Virus record (IMG/VR): IMGVR_UViG_3300009084_000003
Span: 325-64,324 of that record
Direction: 5' to 3' (one strand)
DNA length: 64,000 bases
Source: a virus
The notes beneath the pieces are model-generated. The model saw nothing but the letters and a program-made list of their open reading frames with translations, did not search any database and was not told the origin of the DNA. The stretch's first letter is position 1. Every line of letters starts with the position of its first letter. Made by a program: the position numbers and the translations under genes. Shown piece by piece: positions 26,020 to 35,615 of the stretch.

Positions 26020-27723
26020 ATGTGGCCCCAGGTTCCCGAAGCCATCAACTCACTCAGCGCCGACGCAGCCCGCGGGCTAGTCAAGGCCATCAAGACTCTT
26101 GCGGTCTCCAAGTTGCGCTCCGGCGTGACTGGCGACGAGCGCAAGGAAGTCGACGCGTATCTCGCGAAGGCTGACGCTCTGTCGGCCTGGGCGATCGACG
26201 CTGACGCTGCCGCCGCGCTGGAAGCCGACAACGCCTCCGCCGACGCCGACGAGGCCGCCGCGGCCGCTACTGCCGAAGCCGCTGCAACTGCTGCTGCTGC
26301 TGCTGCATTGGAAGCCGAGCAGGCCGTCGCCGACGAGGTCGCCGCTGCTGCTGCTGCTGCGGAAGCAACCGCTGCTGCGGAAGCCGCGACTGCCGCCGAA
26401 GAGGCGCTGGCTGGCAAGCCCGGCAAGCTGGTACCGACCACGTTCGGCACCCCCGCCGTGCCGCCCGCCACTGGCACCCCCTCGGTGAAGCGCACCGCCC
26501 CCGAGTACCTGTTCGCCACCTCTGGCGTGCAGGGCAAGAACCCCGGCGACAACTTCGCTTCGTGGTCTGAGGTCGCTGACGCGGCCGCCGACCGGGCGAA
26601 GTCGCTGAACCCCTCGACCAGCGAGCGTTTCGAGATCGCACGCATCCGTGGCAACTACGCCCCGGAGCAGATTCTCGGCGACGACGTGATGTTGAACCTC
26701 GCCAAGTTCGACGATGCCGAAATGACCGCCACCTTGTGTGCCCCGGCCACCCCGCATTACGACCTGGCCTGCGCCAACGTCCTCGACCGCCCGGTGTTCA
26801 ACAGCCTCCCCGGCTTCCAGGCACCTCGCGGCAAGGTGTCGATCATGTCGTCCCCGTCGCTGTCGAGCATCACCACTGGCTACGGCCAGTGGACCGCGGC
26901 CGATGACGCCAACGCCAACGCCGTGAAGGACGCCTGCCAGACCATCGAGTGTGGCAGCCCGACCGAGTACACCATGTACGGCGTGTACCGCTGCCTGACC
27001 GTCAAGAACATGCTGGCGATGACCTACCCGGAACTGGTCGAGGCATACCTCAACCGTCTGGGTGCGGCCCACGCCCGTCTCGCCGAGGAGCTGCTGCTCA
27101 ACGCAATGGCCACCGGCTGCGATACTCTCGCCGCCCCCCGCCTCGGCTACGGCGCTTCGGTCACGATCACCTCGACGATCCTCAACTACCTGGCCTTGTA
27201 CCAGGAGTCGGAGCGCTGGAGCATCAACGGCAACATGCAGGCATGGCTCCCCCGCCACGTGCAGTGGGGCATGAAGATGGACATTCTGCGCCGCCGCCGT
27301 GTCGACGGTGGTTTCAGCATCCCGTCGGACGCTCAGATCAACGGCATGTTCAACGATGTCGGCGTGACCCCCCACTGGTTCATGGACACCCCGACGTACG
27401 CGGTGGCTGTGCCTGGTCCGGGCACGAGCACCCTGAACCGCATCCCCGCCTCGGTGCAGGTGATGATTGCCCCTCCCGGCAAGTTCGCCGCCATCGACCG
27501 TGGCGAACTGGCCATCGGCGTGACCGGCAACAACATCTACCGCGACAACGAGTCGAACCGGCGCAACCAGTTCACCTTCTTCTTCGAGAACTTCGAGGGC
27601 GTCGTTGACACCACGAGCTGCCCGGCTCACATCTTGGACATCCCGGTCTGCTGGAACGGTGCCCAGATCGACGACATCGTCATCAACTGCCAGGGCGGCG
27701 ACGAAGTCGGGTACCAGAGCTAG
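26020..27723 (+). CDS. major capsid (hexamer-type) protein with Ala/Glu-rich N-terminal scaffold
   Basis: SD GGAGG; Ala-rich N-terminus; LCAPATPHYD, APRGKVSIM; downstream terminator. Confidence 0.85.
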   Translation: MWPQVPEAINSLSADAARGLVKAIKTLAVSKLRSGVTGDERKEVDAYLAKADALSAWAIDADAAAALEADNASADADEAAAAATAEAAATAAAAAALEAEQAVADEVAAAAAAAEATAAAEAATAAEEALAGKPGKLVPTTFGTPAVPPATGTPSVKRTAPEYLFATSGVQGKNPGDNFASWSEVADAAADRAKSLNPSTSERFEIARIRGNYAPEQILGDDVMLNLAKFDDAEMTATLCAPATPHYDLACANVLDRPVFNSLPGFQAPRGKVSIMSSPSLSSITTGYGQWTAADDANANAVKDACQTIECGSPTEYTMYGVYRCLTVKNMLAMTYPELVEAYLNRLGAAHARLAEELLLNAMATGCDTLAAPRLGYGASVTITSTILNYLALYQESERWSINGNMQAWLPRHVQWGMKMDILRRRRVDGGFSIPSDAQINGMFNDVGVTPHWFMDTPTYAVAVPGPGTSTLNRIPASVQVMIAPPGKFAAIDRGELAIGVTGNNIYRDNESNRRNQFTFFFENFEGVVDTTSCPAHILDIPVCWNGAQIDDIVINCQGGDEVGYQS

Positions 27724-27741
27724 TCCCCAGCTACACAGCGC

Positions 27742-27771
27742 AAGGCCCCCGGTCGGCAGTCCGGGGGCCTT
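27742..27771 (+). terminator. intrinsic terminator after the capsid gene
   Basis: AAGGCCCCCGG / CCGGGGGCCTT 11-bp stem. Confidence 0.8.
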
Positions 27772-27853
27772 TGCCGTTCTGGGCCAGCATGTAGACCTGA
27801 CGGCCCGCCGGGTGGCAGTATGTTGAACATGACCACAGGGAAGGGCTTTCATC

Positions 27854-28198
27854 ATGGGGCAGGGTAGGGATTGGCGTGGCCGCTTTGCGGGCGGTGGCGG
27901 TGGCGGTGGTCGCAGTAGGCGTGGTGGTGGGTCTCTCGGTCGCAGCGGTGGGGCCAAGGCGCGCTCCACGCGGACCTACGCTGGACGGCCAGCCCTACGG
28001 AACCGTCCGGCTCGGGTCAAGGGGCAGCGCGGGGTCACCCGTGTCGGTCGCCGCGTCACCACCCAGGGCCACGCCCGCGGTTACACGCAGACCTCGCAGA
28101 AGGTGAACGTGCAGCGCATCGGTAGCGGGAGCAGTGCCCGCTCGGTGATCAGCGCTCGCGGCAAGCCCAAGACCTACTCGACCATCCTCCGCCCATAA
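27854..28198 (+). CDS. very basic Arg/Gly-rich protein (putative DNA-condensing core protein)
   Basis: about 22 R and 5 K with one acidic residue in 114 aa; RDWRGRF start. Confidence 0.65.
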   Translation: MGQGRDWRGRFAGGGGGGGRSRRGGGSLGRSGGAKARSTRTYAGRPALRNRPARVKGQRGVTRVGRRVTTQGHARGYTQTSQKVNVQRIGSGSSARSVISARGKPKTYSTILRP

Positions 28199-28208
28199 AG
28201 GTGCCATT

Positions 28209-29093
28209 ATGCCCGTGTCAACAGCCCCCCCCGCCATCTTTCTGCCCCTTGGCCCGCGCCAGCCGCGACGCCTGCTGGACATCGCGTCCCCACTGCCGAC
28301 CCAGGAGGGTGTCAACCCGTTGCGCTGGCTCGACGGGGTCACCTTTGAGCCGTGGCCGTGCCGTAGCCTGCAAGTTGACAGTGAGATCGTTTGCGACGAT
28401 GGCTCATTCGCCGTCGTCCCGTCGGAATGCGTTCCGTGGGTTACTCAGACTCCGTTCCGCATCATCGACGCGATGAAGGGCAGTCTGCTCGATTACCAAC
28501 TCAGCGACGTGCAGCTCATCTTGTCTGTCCGCTACGAACAGATGGTCTCAGCCGCTGTGGCACGCGAACTTCTGGGCGGCACCGGGTCGAGCGGGATGTC
28601 GCTGTCAAGCGAAGCCCATGCGCCTAACGGCGCGGCCTTTGGCGTCGCGGCCACTCCGGTCTGGAATGCACTGGCGATCCTCGAAGAAGAGATCGCCGAG
28701 AACCTCCAAGGCGGCGTGGGAATCATCCACCTCAGCCCTGGCCTCCTCGCCCAGGCGGTCACCTCTTACGGTCTGTCGGTCAACGTCAACGGTATGTGGG
28801 AGACGCCCGCAGGCAATGTCTTGGTCTCCGATGCTGGGTACCTGAACCCCACTCAGCCCACTGGGCAAGCCTCATCGTCGGCCGCAACGGACTGGGTTTA
28901 CGCTTCTGGCCCGGTCTGGTTCGCGACGACCGCACCGGGCTTCGTGGGTGTTGGGGCTGAAACCCTCAACGGCACACTCGCCACCCCGTGGAACCGCAAT
29001 ACGTTCGCCCAGTTTCTTGCTGGCTACGCAATTCTCGTCTTCGACCCCTGCCCCGTCACCGCCGTGCTCGCCTCCTACGCCCTGGAGGGTTGA
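28209..29093 (+). CDS. second capsid-like protein (pentamer/minor capsid type)
   Basis: PLRWLDGVTFEPWPC, LEEEIAE...GIIHLSP; resembles the cluster-B-like actinophage arrangement. Confidence 0.65.
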   Translation: MPVSTAPPAIFLPLGPRQPRRLLDIASPLPTQEGVNPLRWLDGVTFEPWPCRSLQVDSEIVCDDGSFAVVPSECVPWVTQTPFRIIDAMKGSLLDYQLSDVQLILSVRYEQMVSAAVARELLGGTGSSGMSLSSEAHAPNGAAFGVAATPVWNALAILEEEIAENLQGGVGIIHLSPGLLAQAVTSYGLSVNVNGMWETPAGNVLVSDAGYLNPTQPTGQASSSAATDWVYASGPVWFATTAPGFVGVGAETLNGTLATPWNRNTFAQFLAGYAILVFDPCPVTAVLASYALEG

Positions 29094-29094
29094 G

Positions 29095-29553
29095 ATGGCC
29101 ACCGGAGCACTCCCCAGTGGCGGGGCCGGAGGCTCAGCCATTGCCCCAGGCACTGAGTACACCGATGACGCAACCGGTCTTGCTCTACCTGGCGGTACTT
29201 TCGCTTACGAAGCGACTGCAAGCACAGAAGACCTTGGTGGTTGGTGGGACGCCGCCGCAGGCCAGCTACTGCTACCTGCGGGCCTGTACTTCTTCAATAT
29301 TTCGTGGAGTGTTTACCCCACCCCGTACTCAGCCGTGAATTTCTCACTTGAGATGATCTTGACCGAAGGAGACAGCTTCTACATGGAAGTCAAGGGAAGC
29401 CAATCCCCACGTGGAGCGCCCAGTAGCCTGCTGATGACGATTCAAGCGACGATAGCAGTGCCTGAAAGTACCGACGTGCTACTGGAACTCTATAACGGCG
29501 ACTCCCGCACAGGCACATACGGTTACAACATCGCCATTACGAAATACACCTGA
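29095..29553 (+). CDS. C1q/TNF-like beta-sandwich protein (possible capsid decoration)
   Basis: WDAAAGQLLLPAGLYFFNISW pattern. Confidence 0.45.
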   Translation: MATGALPSGGAGGSAIAPGTEYTDDATGLALPGGTFAYEATASTEDLGGWWDAAAGQLLLPAGLYFFNISWSVYPTPYSAVNFSLEMILTEGDSFYMEVKGSQSPRGAPSSLLMTIQATIAVPESTDVLLELYNGDSRTGTYGYNIAITKYT

Positions 29554-29716
29554 AGAACTACGCGATCTACTCAACAATGCCGTCACAGGACTCCCGCCCG
29601 GCGGGTACGTCTGCGGGTTCTCGGTCCGGGGAGCAACCTCCTCGCACTATCCGGCGGCCGCCACGGCGGCATGGACACCCCGCCTGAAATCTGACTGTTG
29701 CGCCGTCAGCCGTGAT

Positions 29717-29729
29717 GACATAGTATGTC
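29717..29729 (+). promoter_or_regulatory. GACATAGTATGTC promoter/operator copy
   Basis: 3 nt before ATG 29733. Confidence 0.75.
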
Positions 29730-29732
29730 TCC

Positions 29733-30734
29733 ATGCCCAACTCGTCGACCGTCATCCAAATCGGTAATTTCCAGCCTGAACATTCGACAGAGAACCACCT
29801 ACGCAGGGCACTGATCGAAAACGGGCACGTCGTCATCCCGATGCAGGAGAACGACCCAGGCACCTTCCTGGCCATGAGCAACAGGCGCACCTGGCCGGGG
29901 AACCCCGACTTCATCTTGTGGACTCGCACCGGCTGGGACTGGAAGTCCATCTACAGGGATGGCGGCGAAGCCATCGCTCACGGCCTACAGCGGGCGATGC
30001 TCGGTCAGGCGAAGCTACTCACCGTGCCGACGGTCAGCTACCACCTCGACATCTGGTTCGGGCTCCCTCGCGTCCATCAGATCAGCGAGCCGTTCTTCGA
30101 GAGTGATCTCGTCATCACGGCCGACGGCGGCCACGATGAAGAGTTTGCCGGGCACGGCGTCAACCACGTCTGGTTCCCACCGGGCGTGTCGCGAGCCGAA
30201 TGCGAGGTGGGGACGTCCCGTGATGAGTACCACTCGAAGCTGGCTTTCGTCGGCTCCCATGACGGCAGCTACCACAAAGAGCATGAGCACCGTCACGAAC
30301 TGGTCGCCTGGTTGAAGAAGAACTTCCGACGCGACTGCTCCTTCTGGCCGCAGCCGGGCTGCCACGCGGTGCGCGGCCGAGACCTGCAAGACCTGTACGC
30401 CTCCGTCGACATCGTCATCGGCGACTCGTGTTTCGCAGGCACTGGCCTGCCCAATTACTGGAGTGACCGCGTGCCGGAAACGCTCGGTCGCGGTGGCCTT
30501 CTCCTTCACCCCGAGGTGCCCGGTCTAGTCGAAGCGTTTCATGGGTCGGTGATTACTTGGCCCGCCTTTGATTGGGAAGCGCTCGGCGCTCTCATCGAGA
30601 AACGCCTCGTCGACCGCTACGGCTACAACTCGGCAGCGACGTGGCGAGGGCGACTTGAAGTGCTTGAACATCACACCTACGAACGCCGCATGGAGCAACT
30701 CGTGGAGCTGCTCACAAGGTCGGCTTGGACGTGA
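29733..30734 (+). CDS. glycosyltransferase (GT-B, Glyco_trans_1_2-like)
   Basis: KLAFVGS, LQDLYASVDIVIGDS, YWSDRVPETLGRGGLLLHP, HTYERR. Confidence 0.85.
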   Translation: MPNSSTVIQIGNFQPEHSTENHLRRALIENGHVVIPMQENDPGTFLAMSNRRTWPGNPDFILWTRTGWDWKSIYRDGGEAIAHGLQRAMLGQAKLLTVPTVSYHLDIWFGLPRVHQISEPFFESDLVITADGGHDEEFAGHGVNHVWFPPGVSRAECEVGTSRDEYHSKLAFVGSHDGSYHKEHEHRHELVAWLKKNFRRDCSFWPQPGCHAVRGRDLQDLYASVDIVIGDSCFAGTGLPNYWSDRVPETLGRGGLLLHPEVPGLVEAFHGSVITWPAFDWEALGALIEKRLVDRYGYNSAATWRGRLEVLEHHTYERRMEQLVELLTRSAWT

Positions 30735-30738
30735 CCCC

Positions 30739-32403
30739 ATGAAGCAGGACACGAGCGGCCCCATTCCCGTCGTCTGGTTCTCAAACCACGACAACATTGA
30801 CGCTCGCGGCCCGTGGGACACCCGCATCCTCGAAGCGTTGTTCAGCGGCACACTGTGGCGGCACGACCTTGAGTTCGAGCATGTCGCCGTCGGGGACGGC
30901 ATCGGTGGCCCGGCGATCGTCGTAGTCCCCGCCCGCCACCACACCTCGCCAGAAGACATCGCAGCGCTCAACGGTCAGCTCGCCCGATATGACGGGGTGC
31001 TGCTGATCTTGTGCGGCGACGAAGAGGGGCAATTTCCGTGGAAGGGAATCAAGCACGACAACATTCGTTTCTGGGTGCAGATGCCAGACCCGAAGCACTA
31101 CGCCGACATGGCCGACTTCGGGTTCTTCTTCGGCAATGGCTGGGGGGCGGCAACCCCCGAGTTGATCGACGAGCATTGGCCGGAGGCAGACCACAAGGAC
31201 ATCTTGTGGTCGTTCGCCGGTCAGATCACCAACACCCGCCGCAAACAGGCTGCAAACGGTCTCAGGAAGGCTCGCGCTCGTGTCGCCGGGCGGTTCCGCC
31301 CAACCAGTGGTTTCGCCCAAGGGCTGCCCGCTGAGATGTACGCCCAGGAGTTGGCCCACACCTGGATTGTCCCCTGCCCGTCGGGGCCGAAGTCGGTCGA
31401 CACGTTCAGGGTGTATGAGGCCCTGGAAGCTGGGTGCATCCCGCTCGTCGACACCGCCACACCTGACGGCGAAACCGACTACTGGTCGTTCGTCTACGGG
31501 AATGTCCCGATGCCCAAGATCATCAACTGGGAAGACGTGGGTGGGGTCATCGAAGCCTCGCTCGCCGACCGTCACCTTCTCGCTGCGAAGTGCTCAGCGT
31601 GGTGGCAGTTGCAGAAGTCGCTGATGCTCGACCAGCTCATTAGCGATCTCACGCAACTGGGTGCCGAGATCGACCAAGCGACCCCCGACTTGCAGGTCGT
31701 CATGGTCACCTCGCCCGTTCCCTCCAACCCGAGCCTCGACATCATCCGCGCAACCCTCGACTCGGTGGAGAGGCAGCTCCCTGGCGTCGACGTTCTCATC
31801 GCTTGCGACGGAGTGCGCCCCGAGCAGGCGCAGATGGCCTGGGACTACGCGCAGTACCTCTACAACCTGTGCATGTGGGCGCGCCGTTACCACAGTGTGT
31901 TGCCGGTGATCGCTGAGTCTTGGGGGCATCAGGCCAACACGACGAAGCGGGCGCTCGTGCGCGTCGTGTCCCCATGCCTTCTGTTCATGGAGCACGACAC
32001 CCCACTCGCCGATGACTTCATCCCCTGGGCCAACGTCGTCGACGTCGTAGCGAACGGGCACCTCGACGTGCTCAGGTTCCACCATGAGTCTTGCATCCTT
32101 GACGTCCACGAGCACCTGATGACCGACCATCGGACGAAAGACATCTTGGGGGTGCCGTTGCGTCGCACGCGTCAATGGTCTCAGCGCCCTCACGTCGCGA
32201 ACACCAACTACTACCGTCGCATTCTGCGCGACCATTTCCCGCTGACATCGCGCACCATGATCGAAGACAAGATGCACTCCGTTGTTCAATGGCAGCCCGG
32301 CCACCGCCTGGCGATCTACCACCCCGAAGGCAGCATCCTGAGGTCCAAGCATCTGGATGCTCGCGGTGACGAAAGCAAGTTCGACATGGAGTTCGGGCAA
32401 TGA
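30739..32403 (+). CDS. bifunctional glycosyltransferase (exostosin/GT47-like plus GT-A)
   Basis: WSFAGQIT, PCPSG...DTFRVYEALEAGCIP; second domain IACDG, LFMEHD, WSQRPH. Confidence 0.8.
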   Translation: MKQDTSGPIPVVWFSNHDNIDARGPWDTRILEALFSGTLWRHDLEFEHVAVGDGIGGPAIVVVPARHHTSPEDIAALNGQLARYDGVLLILCGDEEGQFPWKGIKHDNIRFWVQMPDPKHYADMADFGFFFGNGWGAATPELIDEHWPEADHKDILWSFAGQITNTRRKQAANGLRKARARVAGRFRPTSGFAQGLPAEMYAQELAHTWIVPCPSGPKSVDTFRVYEALEAGCIPLVDTATPDGETDYWSFVYGNVPMPKIINWEDVGGVIEASLADRHLLAAKCSAWWQLQKSLMLDQLISDLTQLGAEIDQATPDLQVVMVTSPVPSNPSLDIIRATLDSVERQLPGVDVLIACDGVRPEQAQMAWDYAQYLYNLCMWARRYHSVLPVIAESWGHQANTTKRALVRVVSPCLLFMEHDTPLADDFIPWANVVDVVANGHLDVLRFHHESCILDVHEHLMTDHRTKDILGVPLRRTRQWSQRPHVANTNYYRRILRDHFPLTSRTMIEDKMHSVVQWQPGHRLAIYHPEGSILRSKHLDARGDESKFDMEFGQ

Positions 32404-32942
32404 CCTACGAATACACCGAGTCGATCACCCGCGTCGCCGTGCGTGAAGCGTTCCAAAACTCAGCCGAAGTGTTCTGCGAATACTGCGGACAGCAGGTGTC
32501 GGGCGACGTCGTCAACACAGCACGCAATAGGGCCACCGGCGACCATCGCATTCCGAAGGCCCGAGGCGGAAGCAACGAGCGAGCCAACATCGCGATCTGT
32601 TGCTACTCGTGCAACAAGAGCAAGGACATGTTGACCGAAGCTGAGTTCCGGGCGGTGATGTCCGACAACTGCGCTCTGGGGATGCTGCGCGGGGAAATCA
32701 GGCGACAGGAACTCCCCAACCCTTCCCGCCCAGCCGATGTTCGCCAGTGGGTGGAAGTGAAAGAGAATCGCCGTCTCGCCCGCCTGATGGGTCGCCTTGT
32801 CGACGCTGACTCCAACTGCGAACTCTGCAACGGTAGTGGTGAATGGCGGCGACGCGACCGGGTTCATCCGTGTCAGTGTCGGGTTCTCGATCGCGAGGAA
32901 AGAGGTGGGGTCAATGCGTCTCGGCCTAATCGCAAGGTGTGA
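32400..32942 (+). CDS. HNH endonuclease
   Basis: CEYCG...DHRIPKARGGSNERANIAICCYSCNKSK. Confidence 0.9.
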   Translation: MTYEYTESITRVAVREAFQNSAEVFCEYCGQQVSGDVVNTARNRATGDHRIPKARGGSNERANIAICCYSCNKSKDMLTEAEFRAVMSDNCALGMLRGEIRRQELPNPSRPADVRQWVEVKENRRLARLMGRLVDADSNCELCNGSGEWRRRDRVHPCQCRVLDREERGGVNASRPNRKV

Positions 32943-33927
32943 GATCGCTCGCGGCATCGCGATCCAAAGCAAGAACTTCTACGACAACATGCCTGTCGAC
33001 CGCGTGTTGCTCGTGCGGATGCCTCGCCCTGATTGCGTAGTAGCTCCCGACTGGTACCAGAACGCCACCTGGGCCAGCTACGACGACAAGAACCACCAAC
33101 TCGACGAGACGCTCGTAAGGGAATGGCTGGACGGCCTCGACGTCGTCTTTACCGTCGAAACCCCGAACGACTGGCGTATGCCGCTGTGGTGTCGCGAGAT
33201 GGGCGTGAAGCTGATCATCCAAGGCAACCCCGAGTTCGTGCGTCACACCACCGACCCTTCGATTCCCCACCCCGACGCATGGTGGTGGCCGACGAAGTGG
33301 AGGCTCGACCAACTGCCAGCCGGGAAGGTGATGCCCGTCCCGATGTCGCCCGTAGCCCCCGCCGCCTCGACCGACGACCACCGGCTCCACCTCACCCACG
33401 TTGTGGGCAAGCGCGCCTACGCCGACCGCAACGGAACCGATTTGCTGGTCCAGATCATGCGGTACGTCCGGGCCGACGTGAAGCTGTCGGTGTTCGGCAT
33501 CGACGGGCAGCTTCCCGAGTTCCGTCGCCAGCGCAACATTGAGTTTGATCTCCACCCAGATGGCGTCGACAACAAGCGGGACTTGTACGCGGGCGCTGAC
33601 GTGTTGGTAATGCCGAGGCGGTACGGGGGGCTCTGCCTTCCCGCATTGGAAGCGGCAGCCTCTGGGTTGGTGGTGATGATGCCCGACTGCTCCCCCAACG
33701 ATGAGTTGGCTGCCGTTCGTCCAGCCATCCAACATCGCCGCCCTATGTCCTTTGCCTGCGGGCCGGTGCTGATCGTCGACGTGAATACCCCCTCCTTCGC
33801 TGCCGAGATAGATAATCTTGCCCAGCCCGCCGCCCTCAAAGCAGCACGCGAACAGCAAAGTTGGATGGTGCCATACTGGGCTGACTGGCGTCAGTGCTAC
33901 CTTGACGAGATGGAGTCCATGCTGTGA
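32914..33927 (+). CDS. glycosyltransferase (GT-B, GT4-like)
   Basis: RNGTDLL, LYAGADVLVMPRRYGGLCLPALEAAASG. Confidence 0.85.
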   Translation: MRLGLIARCEIARGIAIQSKNFYDNMPVDRVLLVRMPRPDCVVAPDWYQNATWASYDDKNHQLDETLVREWLDGLDVVFTVETPNDWRMPLWCREMGVKLIIQGNPEFVRHTTDPSIPHPDAWWWPTKWRLDQLPAGKVMPVPMSPVAPAASTDDHRLHLTHVVGKRAYADRNGTDLLVQIMRYVRADVKLSVFGIDGQLPEFRRQRNIEFDLHPDGVDNKRDLYAGADVLVMPRRYGGLCLPALEAAASGLVVMMPDCSPNDELAAVRPAIQHRRPMSFACGPVLIVDVNTPSFAAEIDNLAQPAALKAAREQQSWMVPYWADWRQCYLDEMESML

Positions 33928-34883
33928 AGATCGACGTTGTCTCTAGCGAGAGCCACTACCAGAGTCATCTCCTGCCCATCTTCGAGGCGCTCCCCGACCA
34001 CCTGCGCGGCAACGTACTTCCGATGGCTCCGCCTGGCGAGGCAACCCGCCCACCGATGGGCCGCATTGCAATGGTCGCTGGATGGCAGGACGTCAACCCG
34101 CTACGTGGTCAGTGCCCGATGATCTACGTCGAGCACGGTGCCGGGCAGGTCTACGTCGACGCACTTCATGACCCGTCGTACTCTGGCTCCGGTGGCCGTC
34201 GGCACTCTGGTGTGATCGGCTTCATCGCCCCCAGCGAAACGGTGGCCGAGAGATGGACGTCGGCCCCGTCAGTGGCGGTCGGCTGCCCAAAGATGGACAA
34301 GTGGCTCAATGCCCCGATGCCCGAGAAACCGTCGATCTGTTTCGCCTGGCACTGGAACGGCTCTACCGCACCCGAAGCGAGGTCGGCGTACCTTCATTAC
34401 GGCCCGCAGCTCCACGAGATCATCAACCTCTACAAGTCGATGGGGTTTAGGGTTTTCGGCCACGAGCACCCGAAGTGGCGCGGGGCAATGAACCGCATGT
34501 GGGAAGACTACGACGTCGAGATTCTCTACACCGATGAAGAGGTCTTCGCCCAGGCGTCGATCTTGATGGTGGACAACAGCTCGCTCGCCTACGAGTTCGC
34601 GCTCATCGGCCGCCCCGTGGTGTCACTCAACGCTCCGTGGTACCGGCGCGACGTCGAGCACGGTCTGAGGTTCTGGGAGTACGTCCCCGGCATCCAAGTC
34701 GAGGGGCCGGAGCGGTTGCTGTCGCTCAACCCGTGGGATTTACTCCACGACACGCGACTGGCGGGTGTCTGCAAGGAAGGGGGCCGACTGGCCGCCGACT
34801 ATGCCTACGCGAAGCCGCCCGCCGGGATGACATCCAGCCAGTGCGCCGCACAGTGGATTACTGACCTTGTGGGTGGGGTGTAG
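33924..34883 (+). CDS. GT-B fold transferase (glycerophosphotransferase or capsule-synthesis-like)
   Basis: YVEHGAGQ, VGCPKMD, HEHP, LMVDNSSLAYEFALIGRPVV. Confidence 0.7.
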   Translation: MKIDVVSSESHYQSHLLPIFEALPDHLRGNVLPMAPPGEATRPPMGRIAMVAGWQDVNPLRGQCPMIYVEHGAGQVYVDALHDPSYSGSGGRRHSGVIGFIAPSETVAERWTSAPSVAVGCPKMDKWLNAPMPEKPSICFAWHWNGSTAPEARSAYLHYGPQLHEIINLYKSMGFRVFGHEHPKWRGAMNRMWEDYDVEILYTDEEVFAQASILMVDNSSLAYEFALIGRPVVSLNAPWYRRDVEHGLRFWEYVPGIQVEGPERLLSLNPWDLLHDTRLAGVCKEGGRLAADYAYAKPPAGMTSSQCAAQWITDLVGGV

Positions 34884-34892
34884 CCTTCCGCC

Positions 34893-35615
34893 ATGCCCGA
34901 ACTAGCGTGCCAATCGTTCGCCACCGTCGTCGACGTCCTCGAAGCGCCGTGCGGCTGCGCGTACACCGACAGCGACCACGGTGCGCTGATTCAAGAGCTG
35001 ATCGACGAAGCCAGCGACTTCTTGTACGTCGCCTCTGGGGGTCGAGTGCATGGGCGGTGTACGCGCACCGTCTATCCGATTTCCAGCGGCTACCCCTGTG
35101 GCCCGGTCGGGTGGATGGGGTTCGGGGGCAACAGCAGTGAAATGCTGCTCAATCCCATCCCGCTGCCTGGACCATCTGCGTCGGTGGCGCAGGTGAAGAT
35201 CAACGGTGTCGCTCTCAACGCGAGCGAGTACGGCATCTACAACGGGAGCTACCTGTTCCGGCGCGTGGGTTCATGGCCGACGTCGAACGACATCACCAAG
35301 GCCAACACCGAAGAAGGCACGTTCACCGTCACCCACTCGTTCGGCAACGCGCCTTCTCGCATCACGGTGATGGCCACTGTCGAGCTGGTCTGCCAGATGA
35401 TGAAAGACCCCACCACCTTGTCGCGACTGCGAGGCGTGACCTCAGCGAACGTCCAAGGGGTCAGCGTGTCGCTCGATGCTGCCGAGGAAGCAGAGGCGCT
35501 TGGCATCCCGGCCGTGGGCCGGTTCCTTGATCGCTTCGCCCCTCGCGGGATGGGGGTGCTGGCAGTGTGGACGCCAGAGCTGGACAACAACTGGTCGCTG
35601 GTGACGGTGTCGTGA
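34893..35615 (+). CDS. head-to-tail adaptor
   Basis: ASDFLYVASG..VHGRC.RTVYP, VTSANVQGVS; leaderless -10 TAGCCT. Confidence 0.75.
   Translation: MPELACQSFATVVDVLEAPCGCAYTDSDHGALIQELIDEASDFLYVASGGRVHGRCTRTVYPISSGYPCGPVGWMGFGGNSSEMLLNPIPLPGPSASVAQVKINGVALNASEYGIYNGSYLFRRVGSWPTSNDITKANTEEGTFTVTHSFGNAPSRITVMATVELVCQMMKDPTTLSRLRGVTSANVQGVSVSLDAAEEAEALGIPAVGRFLDRFAPRGMGVLAVWTPELDNNWSLVTVS

Noticed and set aside
26077-27969. 630-aa antisense ORF (and similar long shadow ORFs over the GT, tape measure and terminase genes)
   Set aside because: Expected from high GC3 codon bias on the coding strand; no motifs or SD.
29554-29716. HDV-like ribozyme (CCTCCTCGC, GGCGGCATGG)
   Set aside because: P3 flanks do not pair and the element order does not fit the nested double pseudoknot; a 36-codon ORF here is also unsupported.
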